This document shows, piece by piece, positions 27,938 to 37,567 of a DNA stretch of 64,000 nt. The DNA lies in contig CAZRHF010000001.1 in the NCBI GenBank assembly GCA_964599835.1, positions 14,556 through 78,555 on the forward strand. Direction: 5' to 3'. Position numbers and translations under genes: made by a program. Position 1 is the stretch's first letter; each line of letters opens with the position of its first letter. Under the pieces are notes generated by a model that was not told where the DNA came from, ran no database searches, and saw only the letters and a program-made list of their open reading frames with translations. The stretch comes from an uncultured Eubacteriales bacterium (GTDB lineage Bacteria; Bacillota; Clostridia; Oscillospirales; Acutalibacteraceae).

Positions 27938-29212
27938 CTAATTTTTAGAAGCGTTATAATGCTTTTTCCATCCGTCAACAAATGCTTTTTCAACCGCATC
28001 CCACTTGCCTTTTCCCGCTGAGTAAGCCGCAAGAGCATCTACGAGATCGTTTCTCCAGACGTCTACGTTAGGCGTTACGGAGAACTCCCAGGTAATAGGA
28101 TCATAACCCTTGTCAATATAGTCGGTCATTATTTCGGTAAGCAGGTTATCGACTGACTTCGCCTTTTTAAAGGGAGAAACAAAGCCCATATCCTCGGCTA
28201 AAGCTCTTGTACCCTCTTCACTCGTAGCGACCCATTTAAGAAATTTAAGGGTAGCGTCTATATCCTTATCATCTGCTTCGGAATTGACCGCCCAATAATT
28301 CTCGGTTCCGCTGCAAAGCCCCTGTTTTTCGTCGTTAACGCCGAAAAATATAGGCAAAAATCCGATATTTTCTTTGCCTATCGATTTAACGTTATCATAT
28401 TCCCAGGTTCCGTTCTGATAAAACACTGCCTTTTCCGCCTTGAATTCTGCCGCCGCATCATTCTGATCCGAAGTGATCGTATTTTTATCTACCGTTGAAT
28501 TATTTATATAAAGATCCCAGACCTCTTTAAAATTATCAAGATAGGTTCCCTTAACGCTTGATGGCTGTCCCTCAACACCGTCATCAGCAAATTCATAGTA
28601 GAGCGGAAGATTGGCGAGATGCCCGGAAAATCTCCAGCTGGAAGCAGATCCCAATCCCGATGAGGTAAAGGCAGAAAATCCAAGCTCTTCCTTTCTTCTT
28701 GTAATGCTTTCGGCAACCTCTTTAAGCTTTTTAAATGAGGTAATATCCTCTATTTTATAGCCTGCTTTTTCAAGCAGTTTTTTATTCGTAATAAGACCAT
28801 AGGCTTCATAAACGTATGCAACGGCATAAACCTTTCCGTCGTCTTTCAGGGTGAATTCATCGGAGATAAGCTCTTTTACAATATCACTGTCGGTAAGATC
28901 AAGGCAGTAATCCTTCCAGGACTCAAGGCCTACCGCACCGTTCACCTGAAACAGAGTAGGCGGATCGTCCTTGTCGATCTCAGCAATAAGAGTCTGCTCG
29001 TAGGTACCGGATGCGGCGGTAACTACCTTGACCTCAACTCCGGTATCCGCTGTATATTTCTTTGCAAGCTTCTGCCAGGCACCGTCCTGCTCAGGCTTAA
29101 AATTCAGGAAATATACCCTTCCCTGCCTTGTTTCATCCGTTTTTGCGCCGCAACCGGCAAACAGGCTGATAATTGTGATGAGCGTTAGAATTAGCGCTAT
29201 TATTCTTTTCAT
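27938..29212 (-). CDS. sugar ABC transporter substrate-binding lipoprotein
   Basis: Lipobox LFAGCGAK. Size and composition are typical of family-1 sugar SBPs. First gene of the SBP-permease-permease-malQ string. Confidence 0.85.
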   Translation of the reverse strand: MKRIIALILTLITIISLFAGCGAKTDETRQGRVYFLNFKPEQDGAWQKLAKKYTADTGVEVKVVTAASGTYEQTLIAEIDKDDPPTLFQVNGAVGLESWKDYCLDLTDSDIVKELISDEFTLKDDGKVYAVAYVYEAYGLITNKKLLEKAGYKIEDITSFKKLKEVAESITRRKEELGFSAFTSSGLGSASSWRFSGHLANLPLYYEFADDGVEGQPSSVKGTYLDNFKEVWDLYINNSTVDKNTITSDQNDAAAEFKAEKAVFYQNGTWEYDNVKSIGKENIGFLPIFFGVNDEKQGLCSGTENYWAVNSEADDKDIDATLKFLKWVATSEEGTRALAEDMGFVSPFKKAKSVDNLLTEIMTDYIDKGYDPITWEFSVTPNVDVWRNDLVDALAAYSAGKGKWDAVEKAFVDGWKKHYNASKN

Positions 29213-29281
29213 ATTTTCCTCCGTATTTAATTTAGTAAAATATGCCCTATCGCATATTTCTGAAATTAGTATGTGCAGGAA

Positions 29282-29321
29282 AATAAAAAAACAACCCGAA
29301 GAATTAAAAAATTCTTCGGGT
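29282..29321 (-). terminator. rho-independent terminator after the oxidoreductase gene
   Basis: 12-bp stem ACCCGAAGAATT/AATTCTTCGGGT, followed on the minus strand by TGTTTTTTTATTT. Confidence 0.75.
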
Positions 29322-29336
29322 CTAAAAACATTTAAA

Positions 29337-30608
29337 TTACTTAAGAGAACTTATGTACTCGTCTACATCTACAACAACATTCTCTGCTCTTGACTTTTCA
29401 GCCGCAAAAACAACCAAGTGATTGTAGCAGGATTCGTCAATGGTCGGAACGGCATTACCACCGTATTCACCGATGAGATAAGAGTAAAGGGTTCTTACTA
29501 TGCCTGCATCTCCGCCGCCGTGACCGCCTGCGATTCCGTCAACACCGCTATAAGGAATCTCTTCCTCCTGTCTTGTTTCAAAGTTGAACACCTTAATGGG
29601 ATTATTACCGTCAATCGCGGCGCGAACCTCTCCCTCGGTGCCCATAATATGAATGAAGCGACCGCCCTTATTAAAAGCATTCATCGAGAAGGTTACGGTA
29701 ATATCGTCCTCGAAAAGCATATTAACGACCTGATGATCAACCACATCGTTATCACACTTATAAACACACTTTCCGTATAACGTTTCACGGAGAGCCTTCT
29801 CAACCATCTCGTCAGACGCATTTGCTTCGCGGGTAGCGGCTCCGCGGAACCAACCGTTATCCTTATCGTCAAGATAAAGCTTAACCGAGTTATAAGGGCA
29901 GGTATCGGCAACGGGGCAACCGTCAATGCAACGTTCGGGAGCCCCATCGGGAGCATTTTTTTCGGTAAAATAAGAAAGGGTTCCGAAAGACTGAACCTTA
30001 ACGCATTTTTTACCGAGAAGCCACTGAAGGATATCTATATCGTGGCAAGACTTCTGAAGAAGCATTACAGAGCTACGCTCAGAATTGCCCCAGTTACCTC
30101 TTACAAAGCTATGAGACTGATGCACGTTACCAACACATTCCTCGTGATTTATAGCCATAACCTTGCCGAGCTTGCCCGAGTCGATGATCTCTTTAAGATG
30201 ATTAAATACCTGAGTATAACGAAGAACTGTACAAATAACCACGCGAACACCGTTTTTCTTTGCGTTCTCGGTAAGCTTGATACATTCTTCCGGAGTAGGA
30301 GTGATGGGTTTTTCAAGAAGAAGATCGTATTTAAGATCAATAGCCATCATCGCAGGCTCAAAATGATCCCGGTCCATAGTAGCTACTATTGCAAGATCGG
30401 CAATCTTTCCGAGAGCGAGAAGAGGCTTATAATCGGTAAAGCACATTTCTTCGGGAATATTATGACGCTTTCTGATCTTCTCACGACGGCTGTCGATAGG
30501 CTCAGCAACGGCAATAACCTCAAACTTGTCGGGCATATCAGCCATGTAGCTCGTATAACAGTCTCCGCGGCCGCCTGCACCAATGAGTATAACCTTGATC
30601 TTTTTCAT
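29337..30608 (-). CDS. Gfo/Idh/MocA-family NAD(P)-dependent oxidoreductase
   Basis: Rossmann start KVILIGAGGRGDCY..EKP motif (LLEKPITPT). Long C-terminal alpha/beta domain. Confidence 0.85.
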   Translation of the reverse strand: MKKIKVILIGAGGRGDCYTSYMADMPDKFEVIAVAEPIDSRREKIRKRHNIPEEMCFTDYKPLLALGKIADLAIVATMDRDHFEPAMMAIDLKYDLLLEKPITPTPEECIKLTENAKKNGVRVVICTVLRYTQVFNHLKEIIDSGKLGKVMAINHEECVGNVHQSHSFVRGNWGNSERSSVMLLQKSCHDIDILQWLLGKKCVKVQSFGTLSYFTEKNAPDGAPERCIDGCPVADTCPYNSVKLYLDDKDNGWFRGAATREANASDEMVEKALRETLYGKCVYKCDNDVVDHQVVNMLFEDDITVTFSMNAFNKGGRFIHIMGTEGEVRAAIDGNNPIKVFNFETRQEEEIPYSGVDGIAGGHGGGDAGIVRTLYSYLIGEYGGNAVPTIDESCYNHLVVFAAEKSRAENVVVDVDEYISSLK

Positions 30609-30718
30609 AAAAATTCTCCTTTACATTTTGTAGAATTCTGTTATTATTATAGCAGACGAAAATTATAAATCAATATAATTTTAAGCCAAAAATATATAAT
30701 TTTAGTTCAGGAGAAATT

Positions 30719-31555
30719 ATGATTTGGAAATCTTACGGTATAAACGAACTTGTAAAAATCGATTCTATGTATTCCCTGTCCACGCCGATTTACGATTTCG
30801 GCTATAATTTCGCAGGTGAAACTCATAACTTTTGGGAATGTGTTTATGTAAAAAGCGGCTCTATCGAAGTTTCAGCCGACGATAGAATACTTCGTTTAGA
30901 GAAAGGCCAGATTATTTTTCATAAACCTTTGGAGCTACATAAGTTTTACGTTGATTCTGCCGACGGTACCGAGCTTCTTATATTTTCATACGACCTTGTC
31001 GGGGATATTCAGCAAAGTCTTACCGACCGCGCCTTTACGCTTAACGATAAGCAATCTGAATTCATTAGAGGTATTGAGGAATGTATTGATGCCCAAACCG
31101 ACTCTAATGCATTGTACACGAGAAGATACATTGAGCTTTTCGAAAAAGTTCCAAGTCTTTCGCAAAAAATCGTTTCATATCTTCAGCTGTTGTTTTTGTC
31201 ATTGGCAGAGAACGGTTGTCAAAGCGAACAGATACTCTCCGGAGAAGCAAAGCTTTTCAGAAAAGCAATAAACTATATGAATGACGCGATTTCAAGCGGA
31301 ATTTCCGTAAATGAGCTTGCCGAAAAATTAAATATCAGTACGTCTACCCTAAAAAGGCTGTTTGATAAATACGCAGGTATGTCGGTACATAAATATTTTA
31401 CCGCAATTAAAATTAAAACCGCTACCTCTCTGCTTTCTTCGGGGCTCAGCGTGGGGACGGTAGCAGAGCGTCTCGGTTTTAGCAGCAGCGCTTATTTTTC
31501 TGCGGTTTATAAACGTGAAACGGGTAACGTACCTTCATCAATAAATAAAGAGTAA
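30719..31555 (+). CDS. AraC-family transcriptional regulator (cupin sensor + HTH)
   Basis: N-terminal cupin-like region. C-terminal dual HTH (VNELAEKLNISTSTLKRLF..VGTVAERLGFSSSAYFSAVYKRETG). Divergent from the oxidoreductase. Confidence 0.85.
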   Translation: MIWKSYGINELVKIDSMYSLSTPIYDFGYNFAGETHNFWECVYVKSGSIEVSADDRILRLEKGQIIFHKPLELHKFYVDSADGTELLIFSYDLVGDIQQSLTDRAFTLNDKQSEFIRGIEECIDAQTDSNALYTRRYIELFEKVPSLSQKIVSYLQLLFLSLAENGCQSEQILSGEAKLFRKAINYMNDAISSGISVNELAEKLNISTSTLKRLFDKYAGMSVHKYFTAIKIKTATSLLSSGLSVGTVAERLGFSSSAYFSAVYKRETGNVPSSINKE

Positions 31556-31558
31556 AAG

Positions 31559-31590
31559 GCGCAGTATATATCGTCCGATATATACTGCGC
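31559..31590. terminator. bidirectional terminator hairpin
   Basis: 12-bp stem GCGCAGTATATA/TATATACTGCGC between convergent genes. Confidence 0.7.
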
Positions 31591-31594
31591 ATAT

Positions 31595-33274
31595 TTATTC
31601 AGGAAGAATTACTAACGACTGAAATCCCAGCTCAGCGTAACGGTCCGCACAGAGGCGCTTTTCATAGCTTATGCATTTACCCGAATAGGGATCGTTAAAA
31701 TAGTAGTTTTCTTCATCATAACCAACAAGCAACATACAATGCTCATTGCCCGGCCAGGTGAATCTTGTACCATCTTCAAGATACCACGTATTTTGCGGAT
31801 TGGTCTCCAGCATACCGATGGTTGCCCAAACAAGAACGGGGACATCATTATCAATATATACCGAACACAAAGCGCTGAGCTTCGTACCGGTGGTGTTCGC
31901 AACCCTTCCTTCGGCACCAAAATAATTTTTAAGCGCCCCTTCTATTACCGGAGCCATACAACCGAAGGAAGCCGCCGTCTTTGGGTCTCCTATGAAATAC
32001 TCCTTTGGATCGGGCCCATATTTTTTACCGTCGGCATAGTAAAAGCTTCGATTTTTTGGAAGATATTCTTCTACAAAGCTTGTAACCGTTATATTTTCAC
32101 CGAAATATTTAAGCGCCATTACCGCACTTACCGACTCGCATCCGGTAGGAAATTCGGGAAACTGATGAATCAAAGGAACGTTTTTGATCAGTTTATCGGA
32201 ATAGGCTGTATTTGCTGCTGGAGTTTCGAAACGCTCTGAAGATTGGATCGGGGCATCCGTATCGCTGAATTTAAAGCTTTTTGCTTCTTTATTTTCGGTA
32301 GTGCAGACATAAAGCTCATTGCTATTCCCCTCACCTGCAACCACAACAAAGTTTCCGTCCTCCATATAAACCAGATCTTTTACCGGAGCTTCTGTTTCGA
32401 CGGTCGCATAGGTACCGCTTATCAGATCGTAGCTTTTTATCTGATCACTCTTATCCTTTGAAACGCAGGTTGCAAGATAATTACCGCCCACACCAACGAT
32501 AGTTTCATCAACAGAAGTAACCGAAATGTATTTGATAAGAACAGGATCGGTAAAGGTTACGGCCATTCCGTAATCGGTATAGCCGGCACAAACGCTGTCG
32601 CTGAACTTGGTAAGCCGTTTGTCGGTGATAAGACTTCTGCACTGAGTATCAGTAAGGAAAATAAGCTCGCCGTCCACAGACCTGAGATAGTATCCTTCAT
32701 CATTGGATCCGATAAATTCGTTGCAAAAGAACCCTGTATCTATAAGTCTTGCTTCACCGCTCTCGACCGACGCAATATAAACGTTTCCATCCTTCATAGT
32801 GGTGAAAGCGAGTTGTTTGCCATCATTACTGAGGCCGCAGGCAGAAGACCAGGCATCATCCGACGTAAAGGTTTTTGATAACATCTCTTTGCCATCGTTA
32901 CCGTAAAGCTTAAGAGTCTTAGCCAATTGATCTATTACGTAAAACCCATCATTTGTCATACCCGTCATCCAGCTACCTTCGCCGATATCGGTTTTTGAAA
33001 TGGTCTTTCTCTCTTCTATATCGTAGAGCATGACTTCCAGCGAATATGTATCAAGACCCGGTGCTATAAGATCGATCTTCAAAATTCCGTTTTGCTCTTC
33101 GAGAGTCACAAGTTCTGCTTCGAATTCGTCCTCATCAAAGATCAGGTCGATATTGTCGGAGGGAGTATCTGAACAAGATCCGTCTTCGCGGGGATTAAGA
33201 AAAACAAACGAAACTATCAGTGCCGAAACGATCAGAACTGCAATTAACGGTATTGTGATCTTTATCTTTTTCAT
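31595..33274 (-). CDS. membrane-anchored protein with C-terminal C39-like (YvpB-type) cysteine peptidase domain
   Basis: N-terminal TM anchor and a repetitive beta-rich middle region. C-terminal QFPEFPTGCESVSAVMALKYFG (catalytic Cys context) and GNEHCMLLVGYD (His). Confidence 0.7.
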   Translation of the reverse strand: MKKIKITIPLIAVLIVSALIVSFVFLNPREDGSCSDTPSDNIDLIFDEDEFEAELVTLEEQNGILKIDLIAPGLDTYSLEVMLYDIEERKTISKTDIGEGSWMTGMTNDGFYVIDQLAKTLKLYGNDGKEMLSKTFTSDDAWSSACGLSNDGKQLAFTTMKDGNVYIASVESGEARLIDTGFFCNEFIGSNDEGYYLRSVDGELIFLTDTQCRSLITDKRLTKFSDSVCAGYTDYGMAVTFTDPVLIKYISVTSVDETIVGVGGNYLATCVSKDKSDQIKSYDLISGTYATVETEAPVKDLVYMEDGNFVVVAGEGNSNELYVCTTENKEAKSFKFSDTDAPIQSSERFETPAANTAYSDKLIKNVPLIHQFPEFPTGCESVSAVMALKYFGENITVTSFVEEYLPKNRSFYYADGKKYGPDPKEYFIGDPKTAASFGCMAPVIEGALKNYFGAEGRVANTTGTKLSALCSVYIDNDVPVLVWATIGMLETNPQNTWYLEDGTRFTWPGNEHCMLLVGYDEENYYFNDPYSGKCISYEKRLCADRYAELGFQSLVILPE

Positions 33275-33286
33275 ATACGGCTCCTA

Positions 33287-34207
33287 TCAGGGTTTACAGC
33301 TACCGCAGGGTGAATAGCCGTCTGCAATAAGGTCGTCTCTGCTTCCTGAATATTCCTGTTTATTATACTCCTTCATATCCTTAACACTATCACAATCGGG
33401 ATAGTGGAATTTTTTGGAATTCGTGTTTAAAACATAGTCAGCTTCACCCTCAGAAGACGTCTGAGAAGAAGACGGCGCAGAAGTTATTTCTTCTCCGCTT
33501 AGCGCGCTTTGACCCGTAAGATAATCTATAGTTATGCCCGGCTGAATGTTATATACAAATACATTGAAGCAGATCCCGTCTCCCTCATCCTCAACCGAAT
33601 AAGCCTCCATCTGAACCCCTTTGGCAACGAGGTTCTTGCCCTCAAATACGGGGGTTACGCGGTAAAGAACATGGTTTTCAGTTACTCTCACATAATCCGC
33701 AACCATATTTTCAAAGGGAAGCATGCCCTCGACGTTAAAATATCTTGTTCCGGTTATAAGATTTTTCTCATTAGCATTTTCGCCCGTAAGCTGAAATCCG
33801 ATAAGGTGACAACGGTTATAAAGATATTTTCCGTCGACAATATCATATTTTGCAGTTACCCATCCGCTGGGCTTTATCTGACCGATACCTTCCCTGTCCT
33901 CAGTCGGCATAATATCAACGCCGATACAAGACAGAGCAACACCGCATCGACCAAGCTCGTCAAGCTCGGAATAGGTTTCAAAGGATTCTGTTACCGGCTC
34001 ATCCTCGGAAAATTCAGGAACATTATCGGAAAGAACTATGTATGTTTCACCGCTATAGTCGGGTATCCCGTCGGAGGTTACTCCCGACTGAATGACCGAA
34101 GAGCTCCCTTGTTTATCGTTTGATCCGGAAGTTTCCGAACAGGCGGTAAACAGCAGGCTTACCGAAAGCAATATTGCAATAAGCAGGCTAAAATTTCTGA
34201 CTTTCAT
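33287..34207 (-). CDS. secreted lipoprotein DNA/RNA non-specific endonuclease (EndA/NucM-like) with C-terminal Cys-rich zinc motif
   Basis: Lipobox LFTACSE. Core YNRCHLIGFQLTGENANEKNLITGTRYFNV..MLPFE. C-terminal KFHYPDCDSV..GYSPCGSCKP. Confidence 0.8.
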   Translation of the reverse strand: MKVRNFSLLIAILLSVSLLFTACSETSGSNDKQGSSSVIQSGVTSDGIPDYSGETYIVLSDNVPEFSEDEPVTESFETYSELDELGRCGVALSCIGVDIMPTEDREGIGQIKPSGWVTAKYDIVDGKYLYNRCHLIGFQLTGENANEKNLITGTRYFNVEGMLPFENMVADYVRVTENHVLYRVTPVFEGKNLVAKGVQMEAYSVEDEGDGICFNVFVYNIQPGITIDYLTGQSALSGEEITSAPSSSQTSSEGEADYVLNTNSKKFHYPDCDSVKDMKEYNKQEYSGSRDDLIADGYSPCGSCKP

Positions 34208-34608
34208 AGCTCATATACCTCTTTCGTGATCTTATCGTGCGAATTGCCTTTAAAGCTAAAAACACTTTTCGGGCTTTTTCCGTCAAGTACAGTTTGGTCA
34301 AAATACTTATCGGCGGGATAACGGCGATTCCATTTATAAATAATTACCTTATTTATTTTTGATTTAACGCTGCCAACGTCAATATTTTCAACAAAACAAA
34401 AGGCATCCTCTTTGATATCTTCAATGCTTTCTGTTATTATAGTTTTTTCGGAAAAACCATTAAACAGAGCGGCCGAAAAAGGCGAAATATATAACATATT
34501 TTCCCCTACTGTTCTGACAATATCTTCGGTTACTGCTTTATCGCGGCTTTGACGTCGTCCACCGAAAAGTATTCCGAAATTATCGTCGACACAAACAATA
34601 ATATTCAT
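34204..34608 (-). CDS. small cytoplasmic DHFR-fold-like protein, function unknown
   Basis: MNIIVCVDDNFGILFGGRRQSRDK resembles DHFR/RibD_C-like starts. Its TGA overlaps the nuclease ATG (ATGA). Start taken at MNIIV. Confidence 0.5.
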   Translation of the reverse strand: MNIIVCVDDNFGILFGGRRQSRDKAVTEDIVRTVGENMLYISPFSAALFNGFSEKTIITESIEDIKEDAFCFVENIDVGSVKSKINKVIIYKWNRRYPADKYFDQTVLDGKSPKSVFSFKGNSHDKITKEVYEL

Positions 34609-34648
34609 CGTTTCCCCTCCTTGTTTATATTCTATCACACTTCATCCT

Positions 34649-34696
34649 AAAAATAAAGAAGAACACGACATTTACATAAAATAAAGTCGTGTTCTT
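34649..34696 (-). terminator. probable terminator ending the 11-gene catabolic operon
   Basis: 11-bp stem AAGAACACGAC/GTCGTGTTCTT (34659-34669 / 34686-34696). The loop is large (16 nt) and a T-rich tract follows on the minus strand. Confidence 0.5.
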
Positions 34697-34700
34697 TCGG

Positions 34701-36071
34701 TTATACGATTATTCCGTAGTCTGCGTAGTCGAATATGCGTGCATTTTTGTCAGCGTTTATGGCGATAACGGTACCTGCGCGTTCCATTCCTACAATATGG
34801 TGAACGGCTCCGCTGACACCGATGGCAATATAAACGGGAGGCGCTACTGTTTTACCGGTGAGACCTACCTGAGATGCATAAGGCATAAAGCCGTTATCCA
34901 CAAGCTTACGTGTCGAAACTAATTCGGCGTCAAGTTTTTCTGCAAAAGCAGTAACCTTATCAATTTCATTTCTGACACCGTATCCTGCCGCTACAACAAT
35001 ATCCTTTAGTCCGCTTTGAAGAGTGCGGACGGTGGCCATAGCGGGACGCGTTGTGCTTTTTATTGCGGCAATAACGCTTCCCGATAAAGCAGGGCGTATC
35101 ATTATAAGCTCGTTGTTGTTAACCTCAAGAGCCGTACAATCGGCACAAAGGCCAAGCGAAAGGCGGGCGGCCACACGGGCAGACATTCTTTTTGAAAGAC
35201 TGTCGCTCTCCCAAAGCACCGCGTCGGGAGCACCTTCAGAAATAATCTTCGAAAGTAAAGCATCGTCGTCGGAGGGCTCGATAACAGTTATCTTATCAGC
35301 AACACCTTCGGCAAATGAGCGCGGAGATTCACCGATTATATAAACTTCTTTAAGTTTTTCAGACGATTCATTTCTGAGCGAAGAAACAGTATTCTTAGAT
35401 TTTGAAATTCCTTCTATTATGACAGCGTCAAGCTCGCAAAGTGAAATGAATTTACATTTTCTTCTGCCTGATTTATTTTCACTGCTTCGAAGAACTCTTG
35501 TGGGAGAACCGACAAGCCCGCATCTGGATATGTCGGCACCTATATCATCGGCAGAAAGAATCTCAACCTCGCCCAGTTTTGAGCGCAGTCCGGGAAGCCT
35601 TAAAGAATTGATTCGCTCGACCGTTATAAGTGCGGGAAGGCTTTTCATAACCGTTCCTTCGTCTCTTGTTATACATCTGATGCCGTCAGCGTACGATTCT
35701 ATACTCATTACGTTGGTTATAAGATCCATAGCACTAAACACCGAAAGCATCGGACCAACCTGACCTGTATCGCCTACCAAAGTCTGTCTTCCGCATATAA
35801 CAAGGTCTGGTGAAAGCTTTTCAATCGCTAATGACAAAGCATAAGCCGTTGCAAGCGTATCGGCACCTGCAAAAGCTTTATCACTCAGAAGTACGGCTTT
35901 TTTTGCGCCAAGCCGCGTAAGCCTTAGCAGGAGCTCCTTAGCAGACAGCGGCCCCATAGAAAGAAGGGTTATATCTGAAGCATCAAGCCTAAGCGCCGCC
36001 TCATAAGCACAGGCATCGAAGGGATTTATCTCTCCGTCAAGACCCTGCCTGATACAAACAACTATCTTCAT
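34701..36071 (-). CDS. single-chain electron transfer flavoprotein (EtfB-like N-terminal half fused to EtfA-like C-terminal half)
   Basis: N-terminal MKIVVCIRQ..INPFDACAYEAALRL..ADTLATAYALS..LVICGRQTLVGDTGQVGPMLS is ETF-beta-like. C-terminal PPVYIAIGVSGAVHHIVGMERAGTVIAINAD matches the ETF-alpha signature. Start moved to MKIVVC at 36071; the ORF-track start at 36215 overlaps the kinase gene. Confidence 0.85.
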   Translation of the reverse strand: MKIVVCIRQGLDGEINPFDACAYEAALRLDASDITLLSMGPLSAKELLLRLTRLGAKKAVLLSDKAFAGADTLATAYALSLAIEKLSPDLVICGRQTLVGDTGQVGPMLSVFSAMDLITNVMSIESYADGIRCITRDEGTVMKSLPALITVERINSLRLPGLRSKLGEVEILSADDIGADISRCGLVGSPTRVLRSSENKSGRRKCKFISLCELDAVIIEGISKSKNTVSSLRNESSEKLKEVYIIGESPRSFAEGVADKITVIEPSDDDALLSKIISEGAPDAVLWESDSLSKRMSARVAARLSLGLCADCTALEVNNNELIMIRPALSGSVIAAIKSTTRPAMATVRTLQSGLKDIVVAAGYGVRNEIDKVTAFAEKLDAELVSTRKLVDNGFMPYASQVGLTGKTVAPPVYIAIGVSGAVHHIVGMERAGTVIAINADKNARIFDYADYGIIV

Positions 36072-36072
36072 A

Positions 36073-37542
36073 TCAGCGCTCCTTGTAGATAGGCGCAAGG
36101 GCATCGTGAATTTTTTTATATTCCTCAAAAACAGCGCTGTATTTTGCAGTATTCTCGGAATTGGGATAAACGGTATCCTTGACCTTAACGCAAAGCTCTG
36201 CGGCAGTTTTCGCATCCTTAAACACGCCTACGGCAATACCTGCAAGCATGGCCGAGCCGAAAGACGAATCGGAGCTTTCGGTAATTCTCAGAGGAATACC
36301 TAAAACATCGGCAGTAATACCGCTCCAGAGTTTACCTTTAGCGCCGCCGCCGATTAGTGTTGCGGTTTTGTCGTAGGAAACACCGAGACCGTCTAAATAT
36401 CGTTTGCTGTCGAGGAGTGAAAGAGACACGCCTTCCAGTACGGCACGGGTAAAATGCGCCTTGGTATGGGTGGCGCGAATACCGACAAAGCTTCCGCACA
36501 GCATCGGGTCTGCATACGGTGTAAGCTCGCCGTTCAGATAAGGATGGAACATAAGCCCGTCAGAGCCTACATCAATATCCATTGCCTTTGCGTCAAGATC
36601 TTTATACTCTCCTCCGAAGGTATCACGATACCAGCGGTAAGAAGATGCCGCCGCTTTGGTAGCGGTTCCGGGATACCAAAGGCCAGGAGCTACGTGGGAA
36701 TAGTTGACGAGATGTCTGTCAGGATAAGGTTTGTCGGTTATAACACAAATTCTGCCTGCGGTAGCAAGCTTTACGGTAACGTTGCCCTTTTCTACCGCTC
36801 CCGAGGCAAACACCTCCATAACGGTATCGGTAGTGCCGCAAATTACTGGAGTATCCTCTGCAAGTCCGGTTTCGGTGGCGGCTTTTTCGGTAATGCTTCC
36901 GATAATATCGGTGGGAGCTTTAATGGGTGGCAGTACGGAAGAATCTATTCCCGCAAGCCCGCAAAGCTTATCGTCCCATCTCATATCGTTACAGTTAAAG
37001 AGCATACTGCCCTGCGCTTCAATATAGTCGGTGCAAAAAACGCCTGTTAGATAATGTCTTATATAATCTTTTTCAAAGAAAATATATCTTATCTTTGAAA
37101 AGATTTCAGGTTCGTTTTCTTTTAGCCATACAAGCTGAGGCAGGGTCCATATCGTGTCGGGCTTATGATAAGTTTTTTCGAAAATTTCGTCTCCGAATTT
37201 TTCTCTTAAAAGATCAGCCTGTTTGCGGCTTCTTGTATCGGTCCAGTGGATAGCGTTTCTAAGCGGTTTAAACTGCGCGTCGCACACAAGGGAGGTATGA
37301 GTAGCAGAATCGACCGCAACGGCGGCGATTTCCTTTGGTGAAATTTTGCTGTTTTCAAGTATTGCTTTGCAGTTTTTGATTAAGGCAGATATCCAGTCGG
37401 CAGAATCCTGCTCGCATGCACCTTTTTCCACGTAAAGAGTTGGATATTCTACTGTGTTTTCGGCAATTATATTACCTTCTTCGGAAAGTAACGTTGCCTT
37501 TGAGGCGCCGCCGCCAAAATCAATTCCAAGCAGATATTTCAT
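36073..37542 (-). CDS. FGGY-family carbohydrate kinase (xylulokinase-like)
   Basis: YLLGIDFGGGASKATLL..WTDTR..GGGAKGKLW. 489 aa. Confidence 0.9.
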   Translation of the reverse strand: MKYLLGIDFGGGASKATLLSEEGNIIAENTVEYPTLYVEKGACEQDSADWISALIKNCKAILENSKISPKEIAAVAVDSATHTSLVCDAQFKPLRNAIHWTDTRSRKQADLLREKFGDEIFEKTYHKPDTIWTLPQLVWLKENEPEIFSKIRYIFFEKDYIRHYLTGVFCTDYIEAQGSMLFNCNDMRWDDKLCGLAGIDSSVLPPIKAPTDIIGSITEKAATETGLAEDTPVICGTTDTVMEVFASGAVEKGNVTVKLATAGRICVITDKPYPDRHLVNYSHVAPGLWYPGTATKAAASSYRWYRDTFGGEYKDLDAKAMDIDVGSDGLMFHPYLNGELTPYADPMLCGSFVGIRATHTKAHFTRAVLEGVSLSLLDSKRYLDGLGVSYDKTATLIGGGAKGKLWSGITADVLGIPLRITESSDSSFGSAMLAGIAVGVFKDAKTAAELCVKVKDTVYPNSENTAKYSAVFEEYKKIHDALAPIYKER

Positions 37543-37567
37543 AACTTACTCCATTTAAATATTTAAA

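Noticed and set aside
36072-36215. 48-aa N-terminal extension of the ETF ORF overlapping the 3' end of the FGGY kinase gene.
   Set aside because: ETF-beta homology starts at MKIVVC (36071), one nt after the kinase stop. The extension is merely the alternative frame of the kinase C-terminus.
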